From assembly GCA_041675285.1 (NCBI GenBank), contig JBAYTZ010000007.1, forward strand, positions 1,480 to 65,479: a stretch of 64,000 nucleotides of DNA. The letters are read 5' to 3'. A program made the translations under genes and the position numbers. The notes under the pieces were generated by a model. That model saw only the letters and a list, made by a program, of their open reading frames with translations. It had not been told where the DNA came from and ran no database searches. Origin of the DNA: Candidatus Delongbacteria bacterium. Its GTDB lineage: Bacteria > CAIWAD01. Below are positions 1-9,487 of this stretch, one piece after another. Each line of letters opens with the position of its first letter. Position 1 is the stretch's first letter.

Positions 1-1967
1 CCAATGCCAACCTGGCGCGTATTGAGCTTCCCAGCCTGATCGCCGACAACCTCTTGCCCGAAACCAAGTTGGACTCGGCTTCCCAGGGCAAGCTGGCCGC
101 CCTGCGCACGGACGGTCGGGTTAGGGGCAACTTGGTGCAGGAAGATGCCGGCGCACCAGGTGGGGTCCGAACCTTGATCAACACGGCCACAGGCCAAGTG
201 ACCTCGGACCTGAAGGCTTCGGACGGCTCGGTCATCGACACGGTCATCCGCAATTCCGCTTCCTTGCACACCCGTGCCATTGCCGAGCCCTATGAGGACG
301 GCAACATCCCCGTTGGAAGCATCCACAGCGCTGGCGGCGGGGTCTACACCTACCGCTTGGGCTACCAGGCGGCGAGCGCGGCCATCAACATTGGCGAGTC
401 GGGTGATACCCTGGCCGGCCTCTTTGACCTGTTGAACTCGGCGGGCGGGGACCTGCTGGATTCGGGGGGCAACCCGGTCAGTGTGACGGGCATGTGCCTG
501 AACCAGAACGGTACGACGCCCATCTCCCCTGGGGATTCGCAATCAGGATCCAGTCTGGGTGCGGGCTGGTGGCTGAACGACGGTGGCGCCATTCCGCTCT
601 CCACGGTCTTCATCAAGCTCTCGGCGTTCCCCGCCGTGAGCGTGACCCACTTCGACGTGCTTTACAGCCGGCGCAACACGGTGGGGGCGCTGGGGCGCAA
701 TGCCCTGGTGAAGAAGGCTGTCGTCTCCGGCGAGGCGGATCCCAACCTCACCAACACGATCCACGACCTGAAGGGCACGGGGGATTGGAATACGCCCGTG
801 GCAACGGGCCGAAAGCTCATCGAGCTGACCGACTCTTCGGGGAACATCGCCCCGGGCAAGGTCAACACGGCCGCCATTGCGGATAGCGCCGTCAGCTCGG
901 GGAAGATTGCAGCGGGGGCCGTGGGCTCCACACAGATCGGCACGGGCGCGGTCGGCACCACGCAGCTGGGCACGAGCTCGGTGACGGACGCCAAACTGGT
1001 GGCGGGGGCTGTCACCGAGACGAAGCTGGACAACGCGGCGGTCACCAACGCGAAGATCGCCAACGGCGCTGTCTCCACGCCCAAGCTCGCCGACGCGGCC
1101 GTCTCCACAACCAAGATCGCCACGAACGCCGTGGACAACACAAGACTGGCCCAGGACAACGCCTCGCTGGGCAAGCTGACGGGCAACTCCCTGCAGCGCC
1201 AGGCGGACGGGTCGGTCGCCCTGGGTAGCGGCACGCCCTTGGTGCATCTGGCAGACGGGTCCACAGTGGTGACAAGCCAGGGCCTCATCGGGGCCGCCAA
1301 GGTGGCCGAAGGCGCTTTGCAGGACGCGGCGGTGACGGGCGGCAAGCTGGCCACGGGCGCGGTGACGGGTACGAAGCTCTCGGACGGCTCCGTCTCCGCG
1401 GCCAAGATCGTCGACGGATCGGTGGGGGCTTCCAAGATCGCCACGGGCGCCGTCACCAGCGGCAAGATCGCGGCAGGTGTGGTCGGCTCCACCGAGCTGG
1501 GCGCCAGCGCTGTGACAAGCGCCAAACTGGCCGATGGGGCGGTCACGGGAGCCAAGCTAAGCGCGGGGGCTGTGGGCTCCAGCAACCTAGCGGATGCGGC
1601 GGTGGGCACAGCGAAGCTGTCGGATGGCGCTGTCTCCCAGACCAAGATGGGCTCGGCCTCGGTGGGCCAGTCCCAGCTCATCGACGGGGCTGTCTCCACA
1701 GCCAAGATCGCCCCGGGCGCCGTGGCCACCGACCGGTTAGCGGACGGCGCGGTCTCGGGCACGAAGCTCGCTTCCGGGGCCGTGGGGGCCGGCCATGTGG
1801 GGGCAGGGGCCATCGGGACAAACCAGCTGGCCGCGGACTCCGTGACGGCGGCCAAGCTCGCCACCGGAGCCGTCACGCGCGACAAGGTCGACGCCGGCGT
1901 CTTCTCGGAGCTGTCCACCGTCAACTTGGTGATCAACGGCTCCTTCGAGACAGGAGTCTGGGTGTAA
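1..1967 (+). CDS. Phage tail-fibre-like repeat protein, 5'-truncated at the window edge (the reading frame is open from position 3 onward)
   Basis: Open frame continues upstream of the first ATG at 54. The protein is dominated by tandem ~11-aa repeats of the form (A/S)AVxxxKL(A/S)xG, typical of phage tail-fibre / surface-fibre repeat proteins. It is followed by a second fibre-like gene and a lysis cassette. Confidence 0.45.
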   Translation, partial: NANLARIELPSLIADNLLPETKLDSASQGKLAALRTDGRVRGNLVQEDAGAPGGVRTLINTATGQVTSDLKASDGSVIDTVIRNSASLHTRAIAEPYEDGNIPVGSIHSAGGGVYTYRLGYQAASAAINIGESGDTLAGLFDLLNSAGGDLLDSGGNPVSVTGMCLNQNGTTPISPGDSQSGSSLGAGWWLNDGGAIPLSTVFIKLSAFPAVSVTHFDVLYSRRNTVGALGRNALVKKAVVSGEADPNLTNTIHDLKGTGDWNTPVATGRKLIELTDSSGNIAPGKVNTAAIADSAVSSGKIAAGAVGSTQIGTGAVGTTQLGTSSVTDAKLVAGAVTETKLDNAAVTNAKIANGAVSTPKLADAAVSTTKIATNAVDNTRLAQDNASLGKLTGNSLQRQADGSVALGSGTPLVHLADGSTVVTSQGLIGAAKVAEGALQDAAVTGGKLATGAVTGTKLSDGSVSAAKIVDGSVGASKIATGAVTSGKIAAGVVGSTELGASAVTSAKLADGAVTGAKLSAGAVGSSNLADAAVGTAKLSDGAVSQTKMGSASVGQSQLIDGAVSTAKIAPGAVATDRLADGAVSGTKLASGAVGAGHVGAGAIGTNQLAADSVTAAKLATGAVTRDKVDAGVFSELSTVNLVINGSFETGVWV

Positions 1968-2989
1968 TGGCCACGGGCAGCGCCACTCAGTCCACCAATC
2001 GCGTCTTCCTGGGTGGCTTCACCATGCGCATCGAGGCCATAGGCGCCGACTTCTGGTGCGGCTGGTCCAACGCCATTGACGTGCAGCACTTCGCCACCTC
2101 GCTCATGCTCTCCTGTTGGGTGTCGGGCGAGACCTTCACCGGCGCCGCCAGTCTGAAGGCGGAGGTTCACTTCTTCAGTGTGCTGGGCACGGATCTGGGA
2201 TCCGAAGTCGTTTGGGCCGACCACGCGGGGCTGAGTGCGGACTTCACACAGTACATGGCCCAAGTGAAGAAGAGCGCCATGCCAGCCGGAACGCGCTTCA
2301 TCCGCCTGCGCTTCGGCATCACGGATGGCGTGGGCATGGCCACGGGCGTTGCATACGTGGATGCCGTGCAGGCAGTCCCGGGCGAGTGGCTGCCGGCCTG
2401 GACGCCCAGCCTGCTCGTGGAAGGAACCACGTTGGACGCCATTGCCGATGGTTCCACCTACGGTCGCGTGAGAAAGACCGCTCTGGATGGCACGGGGCAG
2501 CTCGATCTGGCGTCCACGGGCATCAAGAACCGCGGTGCGCTGGCCCTGAAGGACATGGTCTCAAGCAAAGAGATCGACAAGGATGCGGTGACGAGCGCAG
2601 TCATCCAGGACGGCGCGGTCATCCAAACCAAGCTCGGCGCCCTGGCGGTGGGCACGTCGCAGCTGGCCAACAGTGCCGTCACTTCCACCAAGATTGGCTC
2701 GGGCGCGGTGGGCGCCACGCAACTGGCCAGCAGCGTCAGCAGCCTGACCAAGGTCTCGGGCGGCATCCTGACGGGGTCCGGGAATGTGGCAACCTTACCC
2801 AGTGGCAAAACCCTGAACGCGGCGGCTGGCGTCGTCATGCTCAAGACCTTCACGTCCATGCCCACTGTTAGCCAGGTCATCGACGGGGAGTGGTTCGCCG
2901 TGACGATGGGCGGCAGTCGGGGGATCTACGTGCGCTCTGGGACGACAGCCTTCAATGGCGCAGGCATCGAGAGCGGGTTCAGTTCCTGA
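1967..2989 (+). CDS. Second tail-fibre-like protein; a non-repeat N-terminal domain followed by the same AVxxxKL-type repeats
   Basis: TAATG overlap with the upstream gene. The C-terminal half carries DGAVIQTKLGALAVGTSQLANSAVTSTKIGSGAVGATQLA repeats homologous to those of gene 1. Confidence 0.4.
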   Translation: MATGSATQSTNRVFLGGFTMRIEAIGADFWCGWSNAIDVQHFATSLMLSCWVSGETFTGAASLKAEVHFFSVLGTDLGSEVVWADHAGLSADFTQYMAQVKKSAMPAGTRFIRLRFGITDGVGMATGVAYVDAVQAVPGEWLPAWTPSLLVEGTTLDAIADGSTYGRVRKTALDGTGQLDLASTGIKNRGALALKDMVSSKEIDKDAVTSAVIQDGAVIQTKLGALAVGTSQLANSAVTSTKIGSGAVGATQLASSVSSLTKVSGGILTGSGNVATLPSGKTLNAAAGVVMLKTFTSMPTVSQVIDGEWFAVTMGGSRGIYVRSGTTAFNGAGIESGFSS

Positions 2990-3004
2990 CGAAGGGAGGA
3001 CGGA

Positions 3005-3445
3005 ATGCTGGGAGACACGGGACTGGCGACATGGGGCGGCTGGCTGTTCGGCGCTGTCACCCTTCTCGTGACCATCATCCTGGCCTATGTCATCAAGCCC
3101 ATCAGCGACCGGGGCCTGCGAACCGAGCGGGACCTGAAGACTCTTTCGCAAACACACGCCGACCGGCTGACCGAACTACGGCGGGAACAGGAGGGGCGCA
3201 TGGAAGCGCTGCGTGACGACCAGCGCGAGCGGTTGGAGGGGCTGGGCAAGAAGCAGGTGGAAACGGAGACCACGCTGCGCATCTACGTGGAGACCCAGGC
3301 CAAGATCCAGCAGGCCCTGGGCCGCATCGAGGGTGGTCTTTCCCAGGTGGTCGGTGCCCAAACGTCGCAGGCCGCATCCCTTTCCAGGCTGGAGGACGAG
3401 GTGGGCGAGATCCGGCGACTGCACATGAAGCGGGAGCCCGCATGA
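3005..3445 (+). CDS. Membrane-anchored coiled-coil protein; i-spanin (Rz)-like by architecture
   Basis: GGAGG RBS at 2995-2999. N-terminal TM segment (WLFGAVTLLVTIILAYVI) followed by a charged heptad-rich coiled coil. 146 aa. Sits in a lysis-module context. Confidence 0.35.
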   Translation: MLGDTGLATWGGWLFGAVTLLVTIILAYVIKPISDRGLRTERDLKTLSQTHADRLTELRREQEGRMEALRDDQRERLEGLGKKQVETETTLRIYVETQAKIQQALGRIEGGLSQVVGAQTSQAASLSRLEDEVGEIRRLHMKREPA

Positions 3446-4191
3446 AGCTCCGGGTGGTCCTGGGTCTGTTCCTGGCCCTCTTGGGCATCGTTGCCTGGCA
3501 GGAATGGCGGGTGCAAGAGGCGCAGGAGGCCGCTGGCGCTGTCAGGCGCGCGGCCGTCCAGGCCGAGGTCCCCCTGCAGGTGGACGACTCGACGACGGTC
3601 ACCCGCGGGCTGGAAGGCATTTTGCTGGAGCGGGATGCCAGCATCCGGCGACTGACGCGCGAGCTGAAGGCAACCAGCCGGGCCCAGTTGACCCTGGAAA
3701 TGATGCTGGACCTGCGAGACGTGGAGTTGGCGGAGGCCGAGCTGCAGCTGGAGCAGGTGCGGAGCGCGCCAGCGGACTCGGGCCTGACGCGCTACGAGGT
3801 CCCCTTCACTCTGGACCAGGGGGACAGCCTCGATGGCGTGCACCTGGCCGGGCACGTGGCCCTGGACCAGCCAGGCCCCGACTGGCTGCCCAGCCTGGCC
3901 GTCCGGCTGGACGTGCTGCAAAACCGGAGCCGGGTAGAGATCGACCTGGTGGAGGGCGAGGACGGCTGGCGGGCCATCACCCGCACGGGCAGCCCGGCGC
4001 TGACCGCCGACGTGACCCTAGCCGTGCAGCCGCGGGAGCTTGGCTTCTGGGAGCGCTTGCACCCGCTGGCTGGATTGGGCGTGCAGGATGGCCACCCGCG
4101 GGTTATTGCCGGCGCCCGGCTGGATCCTTGGGGCACAGCGGTATCCGCTGGCGCGGGGGCCGTGGGCGTCTACGTGTTCAGGGCATTCTGA
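3442..4191 (+). CDS. Signal-anchored protein with a coiled-coil segment; unknown function, lysis-module associated
   Basis: ATGA overlap with the upstream gene. N-terminal hydrophobic segment MKLRVVLGLFLALLGIVAW. Coiled-coil-like segment (LTRELKATSRAQLTLEMMLDLRDVELAEAELQLEQVR). Confidence 0.3.
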   Translation: MKLRVVLGLFLALLGIVAWQEWRVQEAQEAAGAVRRAAVQAEVPLQVDDSTTVTRGLEGILLERDASIRRLTRELKATSRAQLTLEMMLDLRDVELAEAELQLEQVRSAPADSGLTRYEVPFTLDQGDSLDGVHLAGHVALDQPGPDWLPSLAVRLDVLQNRSRVEIDLVEGEDGWRAITRTGSPALTADVTLAVQPRELGFWERLHPLAGLGVQDGHPRVIAGARLDPWGTAVSAGAGAVGVYVFRAF

Positions 4192-4203
4192 TAGGAGGGA
4201 TCC

Positions 4204-4419
4204 ATGTTCGATCAACTGGTGCGCGCGGCTGCGGTGAACCTGGGCTACACGGCCCTGATGGTTTTACTGGCCGTGGGCCTGTGGAAGGCCGCCGACTGCT
4301 GGCTCTTCCCGGGCATCGACTTCATCCCGGAGATCCGAAAGGGCAACGTGGCCGCGGCCATCCTGGCCGGCGTGCTGCTGCTCTTCTGCGCCCAGTTGGT
4401 GTCCTCGGGATTGAACTGA
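4204..4419 (+). CDS. Holin-like small membrane protein (71 aa, two predicted TM helices)
   Basis: Two hydrophobic stretches (YTALMVLLAVGLW and AAILAGVLLLFCAQLV). The TGATG stop/start overlap with the downstream SLT gene is the classic holin-endolysin arrangement. Confidence 0.4.
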   Translation: MFDQLVRAAAVNLGYTALMVLLAVGLWKAADCWLFPGIDFIPEIRKGNVAAAILAGVLLLFCAQLVSSGLN

Positions 4420-4997
4420 TGGGAGCGCCATTTATGGCATCGTGGTCAAGAATGGCACTGCTCGGTGTCGTCCTTTGCACGACACTGGCAGGGGCCGGGT
4501 GGACCACCCGGTTCGATCCCCACTTCCGGAAATACTCCAAGCGATACTTCGGGGCGGACTTCGACTGGCGCTGGTGGAAGGCCCAGGCAATCGCCGAGAG
4601 CGGTCTGGATTCGACGGCGAGAAGCTGGTGCGGAGCCCAGGGTCTGATGCAGATCATGCCGGGCACCTGGGCGGGCATCGCTCCTATACTGGGCGTCACC
4701 TCGCCCTGGCTGGTGAAGGACAGTATCCAGGCGGGGATCTACTACGACGCCCGCATGTGGGCGATCTGGAAGGCTCCGCGCCCGCTGATGGATAAGATCG
4801 CCTTCACCCTGGCCAGCTATAACGCCGGCCCGGGACACATCATCAAGGCCCAGACTATGGTGCCGGGCGGCCAATCAAGGGAGTGGGATCCGGTGGCTGC
4901 CCAGTTGCACAAAGTCACAGGTAGGCACGCTGAGGAGACGCGGAGCTACGTCGTCCGGATCGGTCGCTACTTCAAGGTCCTGCGAAGTGCAGAATAG
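4419..4997 (+). CDS. Soluble lytic transglycosylase (SLT domain) endolysin-like protein with N-terminal signal/SAR-like segment
   Basis: Catalytic region AIAESGLDSTARSWCGAQGLMQIMPGTW..AGIYYD..ASYNAGPG matches the SLT family (catalytic Glu in AES, GLMQIMP motif). The long ORF 3504..4997 is artefactual upstream of this start. Confidence 0.75.
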   Translation: MGAPFMASWSRMALLGVVLCTTLAGAGWTTRFDPHFRKYSKRYFGADFDWRWWKAQAIAESGLDSTARSWCGAQGLMQIMPGTWAGIAPILGVTSPWLVKDSIQAGIYYDARMWAIWKAPRPLMDKIAFTLASYNAGPGHIIKAQTMVPGGQSREWDPVAAQLHKVTGRHAEETRSYVVRIGRYFKVLRSAE

Positions 4998-5004
4998 ACC
5001 GCGT

Positions 5005-5220
5005 TCATCCTCCAGCAAGCTGAGTGGTAACGGTGATGTCCTCGGCTTCTAGGAGCATTGTCTCTGTGTAGTCATCAGGCTTTCCATCCCAGAATCGGCC
5101 ATCAACGTAGACCCACTTGCTTGAGGCGCTGAGACGCGCGAGTTCTTCCACGGCCTCCCAGACGGGCAGCGTCACCTCGCGGTGCCCTTCAATTGAGAAC
5201 ATTTTGTACGTGACCAACAT
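5005..5220 (-). CDS. Small hypothetical protein (71 aa)
   Basis: Strong RBS AAGGAGAGAG 5 nt upstream of the ATG. Lower-GC region. Product MLVTYKMFSIEGHREVTLPVWEAVEELARL... has no recognised domain. Confidence 0.4.
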   Translation of the reverse strand: MLVTYKMFSIEGHREVTLPVWEAVEELARLSASSKWVYVDGRFWDGKPDDYTETMLLEAEDITVTTQLAGG

Positions 5221-5869
5221 GATGCTCTCTCCTTCAAGACTTTGGCCCCGGGCAGGTATGCGGACGTGCCAGGGATTCGTTTGCAGGATCAAGGTGGACT
5301 GTGGCAATCTTGGGGATCCATGGTCCTGTCTCCTTTGGAAAGAGACGGGTGCCGAGCCAAGGAGACGGGGAGGAGACCGATAACGAAAAAGGGTCCCGCC
5401 TTTCGGCGGAGCCCTTTGTCCATCAAACGCACCCATGCCCGGTTCGGTTCCTCCTCAACGGCGCGGAAGAAGGCCGGCAGCTCATCCGGCATCAGGCGTC
5501 GGCTGCGTTTGGTTGCCCGGCAAAAGAGACCGAGGCTACGAGTTGCGGATCCGGCGATTGCATCTGGGGCTCAGCCACCCGCCCTAGCATTCATGCCGGG
5601 TGTCGTTTGAAATGTCCCACCGCCCCGTTACCATTGGTTCCGAGGTTCCCGGAGGCGACAACCGTGGGACGATTCACGAGATCAAATTGCTGATCGATGG
5701 CCCCCCGCCTGGGGGCCATTTTATTGATCTCATCCTCCTCTTCGGCGCTCTCTGGACATTTCGGTCACATGCCGGTCAAATGATTTTCCGTGACAGGGCC
5801 ATCACCGCCGGGAGTTTCCCAACACCTGACCATCTCGTAAGTCTTTGTCACAGCGCACTTACGGGAGCT

Positions 5870-5905
5870 TCCGGGAGAAAAACAGAGGAAGCCTTAGGCT
5901 TCCTC
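5870..5905 (-). terminator. Rho-independent terminator hairpin (9-bp stem GAGGAAGCC/GGCTTCCTC, 3-nt loop) followed by a U-tract on the minus strand
   Basis: Perfect inverted repeat at 5885..5905; the minus-strand reading continues CUGUUUUUCUCCC. No convincing minus-strand CDS lies upstream of it. Confidence 0.4.
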
Positions 5906-6113
5906 TGCTTGTCACTGGATCAGGAAAGACCGCTGAGCGCGGCATTGGAGGTTGGTGAAGGAGGCTGACCCCGCCAGCCGCGGGGCCGGTTTCGAAGTCA
6001 GGGCCCCTTATACCCGCGGAGCGGGTCGAGGTTCCAACCGGCGACAACTTTTTTGGACGCGGATTCGCTTCCGGGCGGCCCGGTGGATCCGCGGCCCGGT
6101 CCGGCCGGCGTCC

Positions 6114-6144
6114 GGGGCTGCCGATGGGCTGGCGCCCCTTTTTT
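6114..6144 (+). terminator. Rho-independent terminator (GGGGCtGCC...GGCGCCCC stem followed by TTTTTT) on the plus strand, just upstream of the 5'-nucleotidase gene
   Basis: GC-rich stem with a single bulge followed by a 6-T run at 6139-6144. No annotated plus-strand CDS ends nearby. Confidence 0.4.
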
Positions 6145-6188
6145 ACCTTCGGCCCGTCAGCCATCATCGCCAAAGCAAAGGCCGCCCC

Positions 6189-7694
6189 ATGATCCCCTTC
6201 GTTCGCCGCCCGCGGATGCTCCGCTGGACCCTGCTCGTTCTGGCCCTGGCCAGTCTGCCCTTCGGGTGCGGATCCCGGGAAAAGACGCTGATCATTCTAC
6301 ACACCAATGATATCCACTCCTGGTTTGCCGCCTATGACGGGCAGTTGGAAGGCGGCGAGCCCGCCCGCTTCGGGGGCGCGCCCGTCCTGGCCGGCCTGGT
6401 GCGCCAGTTCCGGGCGGACAATCCGGGCCAGGTGCTCTACCTGGATGCGGGCGACATCTTCCAGGGCACGCCCATCAGCACGCTGACCGAGGGCCGGGCC
6501 TGTGTGGAAGTGCTCAACCTGCTGGCCCCGGATGCCTTCGAACTGGGCAACCACGAATTCGACTACGGCATGGAGGCCCAGCGCAAGGCCTTGAGCAACG
6601 CCACCTTTCCCTATCTGCAGGGCAACGTGCGGATGGTCGGACACGCCCAGCCCTACTGCCCGTCGGATCTGTTGATCAACCGCAACGGCCTGCAGGTGGC
6701 CGTGCTGGGCCTGAACACGGACCAGCTCCACCGGGTCTGCGACCCGCGCCTGACCAGCGGCTTCAAGGTGGATTCCAGCCAGGCCGTGACCCGCAAGTGG
6801 CTGACCCGCGTGACGGCCGATGTGAAAATCCTGCTGTCCCACAACGGCTTCGAAGCCGACAGCCTGCTGGCCCTGGCCGTGCCCGGGATCGACCTGATCG
6901 TGGGCGGACACAGCCACACGGCGCTGGCCCAGCCCGTCAAGGTGGGCGGAACCTGGATCGTCCAGGCCGGCGACAAGGGCCGCTATCTGGGCGTGGACAC
7001 CCTCTGGGTCAAGCCGGGCAAGGGCGTGCAGCGCTGTTCGGGCCGTCTGGTGCCCGTGCTGGAGGGCGCCGCCGGGCCTGCCGCGGACGTGGCCGCCGTG
7101 GTGGAGGGCCACGAGCGGCAGGTCAACGAGCAGCTGGGCGGCCAGGTGGCCACCCTGCTGGGGGACTGGCCGGCGGACGCGCACAACGAATCGGCGCTGG
7201 GCAACTGGCTCTGCGCGGCCATCCGCCAGGAGAGCGGCGCGCAGATCGGGCTCTGGAACAGCGGCGGGATCCGCAAGGGCATGGTCGCCGGGCCGCTCCG
7301 GGTGCGGGACTTCTGGGAGATCTCGCCCTTCGGCAACGAGATCCTGGTGGCGCCCATGAGCGGCGGACAGCTGCGCAAGCTCTTCGTGGACGAGGTGGCC
7401 CGCGGCTCCCTGCACCTGCACTTCGACGGGTTGCGGGTGGGAGTGGACGAACAGGGCGGTGTGGGCAGCATCCTGGTGGGCTCGCAGCCCCTGGCCACCG
7501 ACAAGACCTACAGTGTGGCGCTCAGCGACTTCCTCTGGAACCAGTTCCGCCAGCCCGCGGACAGCCTGATCCGGCCCCGGCGCACGGGCGTGATCGACCG
7601 GGACATGCTGATCGCCCGGGCCCGGGCCGAACAGCAGATCCAGCCCCTGACCGACGGCCGCTGGGGGCCGGGCCGCAGCCATGACACCCCCTGA
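6189..7694 (+). CDS. Bifunctional metallophosphatase / 5'-nucleotidase (UshA-like), putative lipoprotein
   Basis: Signal peptide with a lipobox-like LPFGCGS. Metallophosphoesterase motifs: ILHTNDIHS, DAGDIFQGT, GNHEFD. C-terminal 5'-nucleotidase substrate-binding region. Confidence 0.7.
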   Translation: MIPFVRRPRMLRWTLLVLALASLPFGCGSREKTLIILHTNDIHSWFAAYDGQLEGGEPARFGGAPVLAGLVRQFRADNPGQVLYLDAGDIFQGTPISTLTEGRACVEVLNLLAPDAFELGNHEFDYGMEAQRKALSNATFPYLQGNVRMVGHAQPYCPSDLLINRNGLQVAVLGLNTDQLHRVCDPRLTSGFKVDSSQAVTRKWLTRVTADVKILLSHNGFEADSLLALAVPGIDLIVGGHSHTALAQPVKVGGTWIVQAGDKGRYLGVDTLWVKPGKGVQRCSGRLVPVLEGAAGPAADVAAVVEGHERQVNEQLGGQVATLLGDWPADAHNESALGNWLCAAIRQESGAQIGLWNSGGIRKGMVAGPLRVRDFWEISPFGNEILVAPMSGGQLRKLFVDEVARGSLHLHFDGLRVGVDEQGGVGSILVGSQPLATDKTYSVALSDFLWNQFRQPADSLIRPRRTGVIDRDMLIARARAEQQIQPLTDGRWGPGRSHDTP

Positions 7695-8790
7695 GGACCC
7701 GGGCATCCGCTTCAATCTGGCGCCGGGACCCTCGCGCCTGCTGCCCCTGATGCCCCGGGCCGCCGCCAACTTCCTGGAGTCCGGCCTGGGCGGCCTGCAT
7801 CACCGTTCGCCCGAACTGGGCGCACTCACCGGGCGGCTGGTGGAGCGCCTGCGGGCCTGCCTGGAGCTGCCGGCGGACTTTCAGGTCTGGTTCGTCTCCT
7901 CGGCCAGCTACGCCATGGAACTATGCGTGCGCAATCTGGTGCGCGATTCGTGCTCGGCCCTGGTGGCCGGCGCTTTCGGCGGGCGCTTCGCCCAGGTGGC
8001 CGAGTTGACCGGCCGCCGGGTCTGCGTGTCACGGAGCGCGCCCGGCACGGCCCCCACCGCCCCGCCGGAGGATCCGGCCTGGCGGTCCGGCGAGGCCTGG
8101 CTGCTCTGCCACAACGAGACGGCGACGGGCACGGCCCTGCCGCTGGAGCGCTGGCCCGCGCCGCGGCCCGGCGATCCCCTGCGGCTGGTGGACTGCGTCT
8201 CCAGCGCGGGCGCCCAGCGCCTGCCCTGGCAGCAAGGCGACCTGTGGTTCTTCAGCGTGCAGAAGGCCTTCGGCTGTCCGCCGGGCTTGGCCGTAATCCT
8301 GGCGGGCCCGCGGGCCGTGGCCCGGGCGCGCGAGCTGGAGGCGGAGGGCCGGGACACGGGGGCCTGGTTCTCCTTCGCGCGGCTGGCGGACAACGCCGCC
8401 CGGCGGCAATCCCCCTGCACGCCCAACAGCCTGGGCCTGCACCTCCTGTCCGAGGCCGCGGCCTGGCTGACGGAGCGCGGCCCCGCGGCGGTGGAGGCCC
8501 ACGTGCGCGACCTGCGCGCGGCCTGTCTGGACTGGCTGGAATCCCATCCCGCGCTGGTGGCGGCGGTGACGGATCCCGCGGCGCGCTCGCTGACGGTCAC
8601 GGCCCTGCGGCGGCGGGACGGCGGCGAGCTGACGACCCTGCAGCAGGCGTTGCGCGCGCAGGGCATCGTGGTGGGTGGCGGCTACGGCGACTGGCGCGGG
8701 ACCTCGCTGCGGCTGGCGCACTTCCCCGTCCACGAACGGGAGGAGCTGGCCACGGTCTGCGCGGCCATCGACCGGATCGTGCTCGCTTGA
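7681..8790 (+). CDS. Class V aminotransferase (serine-pyruvate / phosphoserine aminotransferase-like), PLP-dependent
   Basis: SVQKAFGCPPGLAV motif containing the PLP-lysine; size of 369 aa; overall class V pattern. Confidence 0.6.
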   Translation: MTPPEDPGIRFNLAPGPSRLLPLMPRAAANFLESGLGGLHHRSPELGALTGRLVERLRACLELPADFQVWFVSSASYAMELCVRNLVRDSCSALVAGAFGGRFAQVAELTGRRVCVSRSAPGTAPTAPPEDPAWRSGEAWLLCHNETATGTALPLERWPAPRPGDPLRLVDCVSSAGAQRLPWQQGDLWFFSVQKAFGCPPGLAVILAGPRAVARARELEAEGRDTGAWFSFARLADNAARRQSPCTPNSLGLHLLSEAAAWLTERGPAAVEAHVRDLRAACLDWLESHPALVAAVTDPAARSLTVTALRRRDGGELTTLQQALRAQGIVVGGGYGDWRGTSLRLAHFPVHEREELATVCAAIDRIVLA

Positions 8791-8836
8791 GTCCGATGAA
8801 CGCATGGTGCGGGCCCGTGGCGCGCCGGGAGGAAGA

Positions 8837-9418
8837 ATGAAGGACACGACGCACGGCCTCGCGCCGGACACTGGCGCGGCCGCGCTGCGCTACGTGCGCG
8901 AGCTGCTCCTGGCCGACCTGGAGCAGCGGCCGGAGCCGGAGCTGCCCGCCGGGCCGGAACTGGAGCGGCTGGCTGGGGCCTTCGTCAGCCTGCACAAGGC
9001 GGGTCATCTGCGCGGCTGCATGGGCTGGCTGGAGGCCGACCAACCGCTCAAGGCCGTGCTGCGCCACGTGGCGCGCAACGCGGCCTTCGACGATCCGCGC
9101 TTTCCCGCCCTGCGCCTGGAGGAGCTGGCCCAGTGCGCGGTGGAGATCACCGTGCTGGAGCCCGCCCGGCCGGTGGCGGGACCGGAGGAGATCCAGCTGG
9201 GTCGGCACGGCGTGATCCTGGCGGCGCGCGGCCGGCGGGCGGTCTTCCTGCCCCAGGTGGCTCCGGAACAGGGCTGGACGCTGGAGGAGACCCTCACCCA
9301 GCTGGCCCGCAAGGCCGGGCTGGCGGCGGACGCCTGGCGCCGGGAGGACTGTCGCCTGGAGGTCTTCGAAGCCCAGGTGCTGCGCGAGGACTCCGCGCCT
9401 CCCCCGCCCGGGCACTGA
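8837..9418 (+). CDS. AMMECR1 domain protein
   Basis: GGAGGAAG RBS. Motif [17 protein letters not shown] is characteristic of the AMMECR1 family. The long upstream extension of ORF 8675 is not supported. Confidence 0.6.
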   Translation: MKDTTHGLAPDTGAAALRYVRELLLADLEQRPEPELPAGPELERLAGAFVSLHKAGHLRGCMGWLEADQPLKAVLRHVARNAAFDDPRFPALRLEELAQCAVEITVLEPARPVAGPEEIQLGRHGVILAARGRRAVFLPQVAPEQGWTLEETLTQLARKAGLAADAWRREDCRLEVFEAQVLREDSAPPPPGH

Positions 9419-9487
9419 GGCTGGGACGCCTGCTTTGCTACCTTGGCGGCGGATGGGCAGGAGGGACAGCGGCAGGAGGTGCGCGGC

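Noticed and set aside
543-2263. Minus-strand ORFs 662..2263 and 543..1247 antisense to the tail-fibre genes
   Set aside because: Ala/Pro/Val-rich mirror images of the plus-strand repeat protein. No RBS and no domain; a GC-artefact.
1-2989. Diversity-generating retroelement targeting the fibre genes
   Set aside because: No reverse transcriptase gene and no template/variable repeat pair visible in the window.
3504-4997. 497-aa ORF spanning the signal-protein, holin and SLT genes
   Set aside because: Only the last ~190 aa (from the ATG at 4419) show SLT homology. The N-terminal 300 aa are Gly/Arg/Pro/Ala low-complexity text typical of an off-frame read of high-GC DNA, and they overlap three better-supported genes.
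5600-5968. 122-aa plus-strand ORF in the low-GC junction
   Set aside because: No RBS and no recognisable domain; composition unlike neighbouring genes. It is left uncalled but could be a prophage-derived gene, so it is flagged in the junction finding instead.
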